Origin: Macrostomum lignano
Taxonomy: Eukaryota
NCBI GenBank assembly: GCA_002269645.1
Contig: NIVC01001326.1
Coordinates: 105,792-169,791, forward strand
DNA length: 64,000 bases
Reading direction: 5' to 3'
Positions 59,172-64,000 of the stretch are shown here, in pieces; position 1 is the stretch's first letter; each line of letters begins with the position of its first letter. A program made the translations under genes and the position numbers. Under the pieces are notes generated by a model. That model saw only the letters and a list, made by a program, of their open reading frames with translations. It was not told the origin of the DNA and did no database searches.

Positions 59172-61290
59172 TCACTTTCTCTTCTTTTTGGCCCCTTTTT
59201 TAGCCAGTTTGCGGGCCAGTTTCCCGCGCGGACCCTTGGCCCGCCTGCCGCCGCGGTCCTCGTCCAGGCCGGCTGGCAGCAGGCCGCCCAGAGATTCGAA
59301 ATCGCTGCCTAACCGTTTAGCCCGCAATTCCAGCTGCCTCTGCCGTTTGGTGACGGACAATCGAGTCAAATTCGCTTCCTCGTAGCGTCTGCGAGCTTCC
59401 GCTTCGCGCAGACGGCCGCTAGCGCCGGCGCCGCGCCGTTCCGACAATTCAACAGGCGCGTCGTCCATCTGCTGGCGAAGCTCCTCAAGGACATCCAGTT
59501 GAATAGCCCGACGCTTGGCTCGCCGATCGGCCTCGGTGTTGGATGTGCGCCGATTCGAACCACTGGCCGCCGCCGCCGCCGCTCCCTCATCGTAGAACAT
59601 CGGCGTAACCTTCGGCGGCACGTACTTGCCAGCACCGGCTGCTGAAGGCTTGGAGGCTTCGGCCAGCTTCTTCTTCTTCAGCTGATTCTGCTTGGCTCTC
59701 TTTGCCGCCTCATCGCTGTCGTCCCCGCTGTCTCCAGCATCTTCTTCATCCGAGGACAGCCGGAAATTCTCCAGCCTGGCAGCCGTTGGCTCGGCCGCTT
59801 CATCAGCTCCGGCCAGCTGCGCCAGCCTGTCAATCTGGTGCCGGACGCGAGTCTCCACTGGCCGGGCGCACTCCAGCAGGCACCGCAGCTGGCACAGCCG
59901 TTCGACTGTCCGCTGCGGCGGAGGCTGGCCGGCCAGCCGGTCGGCTATGAGCTGCATCAGGTTGGCGGTGTACAGCTCCATAGCTTGGCATTTCAGCGCC
60001 ACCAGGCTGACGGCCTCCGTGGTTGGCTGGCTGGACCAGTCTCGGCCGGACACTAAGTCGGACAGTTCGGCTAATGCGCCGGACACCTGATTGTAGAGCG
60101 GAGCTAGTTCTGCGTCCTGCAAAAAAAACACATGATTGGCTTTTATTAAGTACTTACATAAGTAGTACTAATATCCTGCACTGTATTCTAAATCCCCCAA
60201 ATCCCACAGCCTAAACTAATCCCTCAAAATATCCCACACCCTAGACTAAATCCCAAAAATATCCCACACCCTAGACTAAATCCCTAAAAAATCCAACACC
60301 CTATAGTAAATCCCTAAAAATCCCACATCTTAGACTAAATCCCCAAAAATATCCCACACCTAGATTAAATGCCAAAAAAGCATACACCCTAGACTAAATC
60401 CCTAAAAAATGCCACACCCTAGACTAAATCCCTAAAAAATCCCACACCCTAGACTACATTTTAAGAAATCCCACAACTCTAGACTAAATCCCTAAAAAAT
60501 ACCACACCATAGACTAAATTTCAAGAAATGCCACACCCCAGACTAAATCCCTAAAAAATGCCACACCCCAGACTAAATCCCTAAAAAATGCCGCACCCCA
60601 GACTAAATCCCTAAAAATGCCACACCCCATACCAAATCCCAAAAATGCCACACCCTAGACTAAATCCCTAAAAATCCCACACCCTAGACTAAATCCCTAA
60701 AAATGCCACACCCCAAGACCAAATCTCTAAAAATGCCACACCCCAGACTAAATCCCTAAAAATGCCACACCCCAGACTAAATCCCTAAAAATGCCACACC
60801 CCAGACTAAATCTCTAAAAATGCCACACCCCAGACTAAATCCCTAAAAAATGCCACACCCCAGACTAAATCCCTAAAAAATGCCACACCCCAGACTAAAT
60901 CCCTAAAAAATGCCACACCCCAGACTAAATCCCTAAAAAATCCCACACCCCAGACTAAATCCCTAAAAAATGCCACACCCCAGACTAAATCCCTAAAAAA
61001 TGCCACACCCCAGACTAAATCCCTAAAAAATGCCACACCCCAGACTAAATCCCTAAAATGCCACACCATAGACTAAATCCTCTAATTTTGTAACAAGACA
61101 CGAGTGACAATCTCTGTCGCAGTCACGGTGCACTAAAAGCATGCACATGAGTAAGTGTAAGCGGCATTACAACTTGGACAATATTTATATATATAGAGTA
61201 TATTTAATTTTATTCAAATTCTGTCCATATTTTTAAACACAGAGCCACTACTTAGCATACAGGTGGGCTGGGCGGTACGGGATCTGCCAT
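59172..61290 (-). CDS. NGDN: Neuroguidin (Sas10/Utp3/C1D family, Lcp5 orthologue)
   Basis: Main exon 60116-59172 follows a tttttttgcag acceptor. Motifs: LLECARPVETRVRHQIDRL, KYVPPKV.PMFYDE, DAPVEL, YEEANLTRLSVTKRQ. The probable first exon is 61290-61261 (MADPVPPSPP|gtatgc, phase 0) and is less certain. Confidence 0.88.
60200..61080. repeat. ~30-bp array GACTAAATCCCTAAAAAATGCCACACCCCA
   Basis: It lies in the probable NGDN intron 1. Confidence 0.93.
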
Positions 61291-61711
61291 AGAGGTGCAA
61301 TAAAGTGCCTACAGTATAGTTACACATCATACTCATTAAAAGCTAATTATAGACAAAAACTGATAACTGGGAAGCTAAAGAATGGAAATGGGAGGGCAGG
61401 AGGGGAGACGCAAAAATGACACACTAAGGTTACTACTGAGAGACCCAAAGTAAGTAGTACTTATAAAAACAGAAACTAATAGAGATATATCTATGACAAA
61501 AATTCAATAAGAATCCGATCTGGTCTGACCCATTTATTTTGCTTTACGAGTCCATATAAATTTAGACTATAAAAAACTTATGTGCTCTACTATGAGTAGC
61601 AAACTCAGCAATACACGCTATATTTATCCAGACCAGAGTAATTCACACTGACAGCTTGAGTTTACCCAATTAATATAATTAGTTTATATCAACAATCTGT
61701 CAGTAAATCTT

Positions 61712-64000
61712 TCAACGGTCAACTTCGCCGAACACAACGTCCAGTGTGCCGATGATAGCCACAATATCGGCCAGCATGTGACCCTTGCCCAGCTTGTGCA
61801 GTCCGGCCAGGTGGGAGAACCCGGGCGCTTTGATTTTGCACCTGTACGGCTTGTTGCCGCCGTCGGAGACCAGGTAGACACCGAATTCGCCTTTTGGCGC
61901 CTCGATTGCCGTATAGGTGGCGCCGGGTGGCACCTGTGGATTTGGGATAACGCGTCCAAATTTCAGTATTAAGTTTCCTTCAGATCAGACGATCTTAAGA
62001 TCAGAATCGTGTGGGATCAGATTAGAGTGAGATTAGAATTGAGTGGGATCAGCATTGAGTGGAAGCAGAGTGGAATGGGATCAGAATCGAGTGGGATCAG
62101 CATTGAGTGGAGTGGGATCAGAGTAGAATGGGATCAGAATCGAGTGGGATCAGCATTGAGTGGGAGCAGAGTGGAATGGGATCAGGATCGAGTGGGATCA
62201 GCATTGAGTGGGATCAGAGTGGAATGGGATCAGAATCGAGTGGGATCAGCATTGAGTGGGATCAGAGTAGAATGGGATCAGTATAGTGGGATCAGAGTAG
62301 AATGGGATCAGTATAGAGTGGGATCAGAGTAGAATGGATCAGCATTGAGTGGGATCAGAGTAGAATGGATCAGCATTGAGTGGGATCAGAGTAGAATGGA
62401 TCAGCATTGAGTGGGATCAGAGTAGAATGGGATCAGCATTGAGTGAGATCAAAGTAGAATGGTACCAGTATCAGCATTGAGTGGGATCAGAGTAGAATGG
62501 GACCAGAACCCATTAGTTGCTCACACAATTTAATCAGTCTTACCTGATAGCCCTCGGTAAAGAGTTTAAAATGGTGAATAAGCGCCTCCATGGACTCCTT
62601 CAACTCGGCACGCCTAGGCGGCACAATTTTTCGATCGTCGACTTTCACCTCGCCAGGCGGCAGCTTGTTGAGGCACTGCTCGATGATTTTCTGGGACTGG
62701 CGCATCTCTTCCATGCGGCACAGGTAGCGGTCGTAGCAGTCACCGTTGCGACCAATGGGAACGTCGAATTCAACCTGCGGCAGTGGGCAACGGACGAATT
62801 AGATAAAAAATAGATTAGAAGTTAGACTATTAAAATCGCGTAGTGTCAGACTACATGGACTCTAACGGTGTCACACTAGTGTTGTCAGACTCTAGTGTAG
62901 TTAAATTAGTGGGTGTCAGACTAGTAGTGTCAGACTCTAGTGTTGTCAGATTAGTGGTGTCAGACTAGTGGTGTCAGACTCTAGCGGTGACAGACTAGTG
63001 GTTTCAGACACGAGAGTTGTTAAACCAGTGTCAGACTCTAGCGGTGTCAGACTCTAGTGATGTCAGACTCTAGCCGTGTCAGACTCTAGTGGTGTCAGAC
63101 TCTAGTGGTGTCAGACTAGTGGTTTCAGACACGAGAGTTGTGAAATCAGTGTCAGACTCTAGCGGTGTCAGACTCTAGTGGTGTCAGACTCTAGTGGTGT
63201 CAGACTCTACGAGTGGTGTCAGACTCTAGTAGTTTCAGACACTAGTGGTGTCAAACCGGTGTCAGACTCTAGTGGTGTCAGACTTGAGTGGTGTCAGTTA
63301 AACTAATGAAGGTAAATAGAAGGGGATAAAAGTCTGGAGGTTGTGACAGGTTCAAAAATCGATCGGGGTCAGTTGAGTCCATGGGGTGGGGAATCCAGTG
63401 GACTCAAAGTCAAAACGTGTACAGGATTGGACCCGCCAAGCAGCCAATTCATGCGCTCACCTGATCGTAGGCATCGTATGGCTGGGATTTGCGCAAGTCC
63501 CAGCAGATGCCGGAGCCGCGAAGCATCACCCCAGAGAAGCCATAGTTGAGCGCATCCTCCGCGCTGATCACACCGATATCCTTGGTTCGCATCACCCAGA
63601 TGCGATTCTCAGTTAGCAGATCATCCACCTCGTCGATTCGCTGTACAAACTTCTTATTCCAATCGTAGATATCCTCCAGCAGGCCGACTGGCAGGTCCCG
63701 GTCCACGCCGCCGGGCCTGACGTAGGCGGCGTGCATTCTGGCGCCGCTGACTCGCTCGTAGAACTCCATCATCTTTTCGCGCTCCTCGAACATCCAGAAG
63801 AATGGCGTCATGGCGCCAACGTCGAGCGCGTGAGTGCCGATGCCCATGAGGTGGTTCATGATTCTGGTCAGCTCGCCGAACAGCACCCGGATCCACTTGG
63901 CCCGGGGCGGCACATCAATATTGAGCAGTCGCTCAACAGCCAACGAGAAGCACTGCTCGTTGCACATCATTGACACATAGTCTAATCTATCGAAATAAGG
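61712..64000 (-). CDS. NDUFS2: NADH dehydrogenase (complex I) 49-kDa subunit, 5'-partial (runs off the window)
   Basis: Exons are >64000-63461, 62774-62544 and 61933-61712, all phase 0. Motifs: [45 protein letters not shown]-terminal [14 protein letters not shown]. Confidence 0.97.
62005..62510. repeat. 19-20-bp array (GGGATCAGAGTAGAAT / GGATCAGCATTGAGT)
   Basis: It lies in the last NDUFS2 intron. Confidence 0.92.
62845..63300. repeat. ~16-bp array GTGTCAGACTCTAGTG
   Basis: It lies in an NDUFS2 intron. Confidence 0.9.

Noticed and set aside
60158-60175. Possible 18-nt NGDN micro-exon (DISTTY) between gtgcag and gtaagt
   Set aside because: It would leave a ~40-nt intron and is not needed for the frame; it cannot be supported without RNA data.
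61712-64000. Bacterial nuoD, horizontal transfer or NUMT
   Set aside because: The gene has spliceosomal introns with host-type minisatellites, consistent with nuclear NDUFS2.

Overview
This is a eukaryotic (animal) genomic window, not prokaryotic. It has GT-AG spliced genes with GC-rich exons and introns filled with private minisatellites. That style, with poly-Ala/Gln-rich coding and very short same-strand gene spacing, suggests a Macrostomum-type flatworm (inference). I assembled six genes by hand with consistent splice phases: an uncharacterised ~657-aa helical protein (+, 1595-7979), a divergent nicastrin (+, 9374-14482), a Turtle/IGSF9-type 5xIg+2xFN3+TM receptor (-, 42098 to ~17685), and a tight minus-strand cluster NDUFS2 (partial) -> NGDN -> CDC6. 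Mobile DNA comprises a hAT-type element with an 8-bp TSD carrying a nested solo LTR with a 4-bp TSD, a long-TIR IS630/Tc1 remnant, and probable decayed LINE fragments. About 40 tandem arrays occupy over half of the window. The most interesting observations are: (1) a turtle intron built almost wholly from repeats of its own splice donor, giving 10 in-frame donors that would each add 11 aa between Ig4 and Ig5; (2) analogous in-frame acceptor ladders in nicastrin and turtle; (3) intron lengths converging on ~520-690 nt via unrelated repeats; (4) a candidate trans-spliced operon; (5) a nicastrin with DYIGS changed to GHLAS and a remodelled lid. No CRISPR, rRNA or tRNA was recognised. All homology calls come from remembered family motifs, not from searches. 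Repeat boundaries and copy numbers are approximate.
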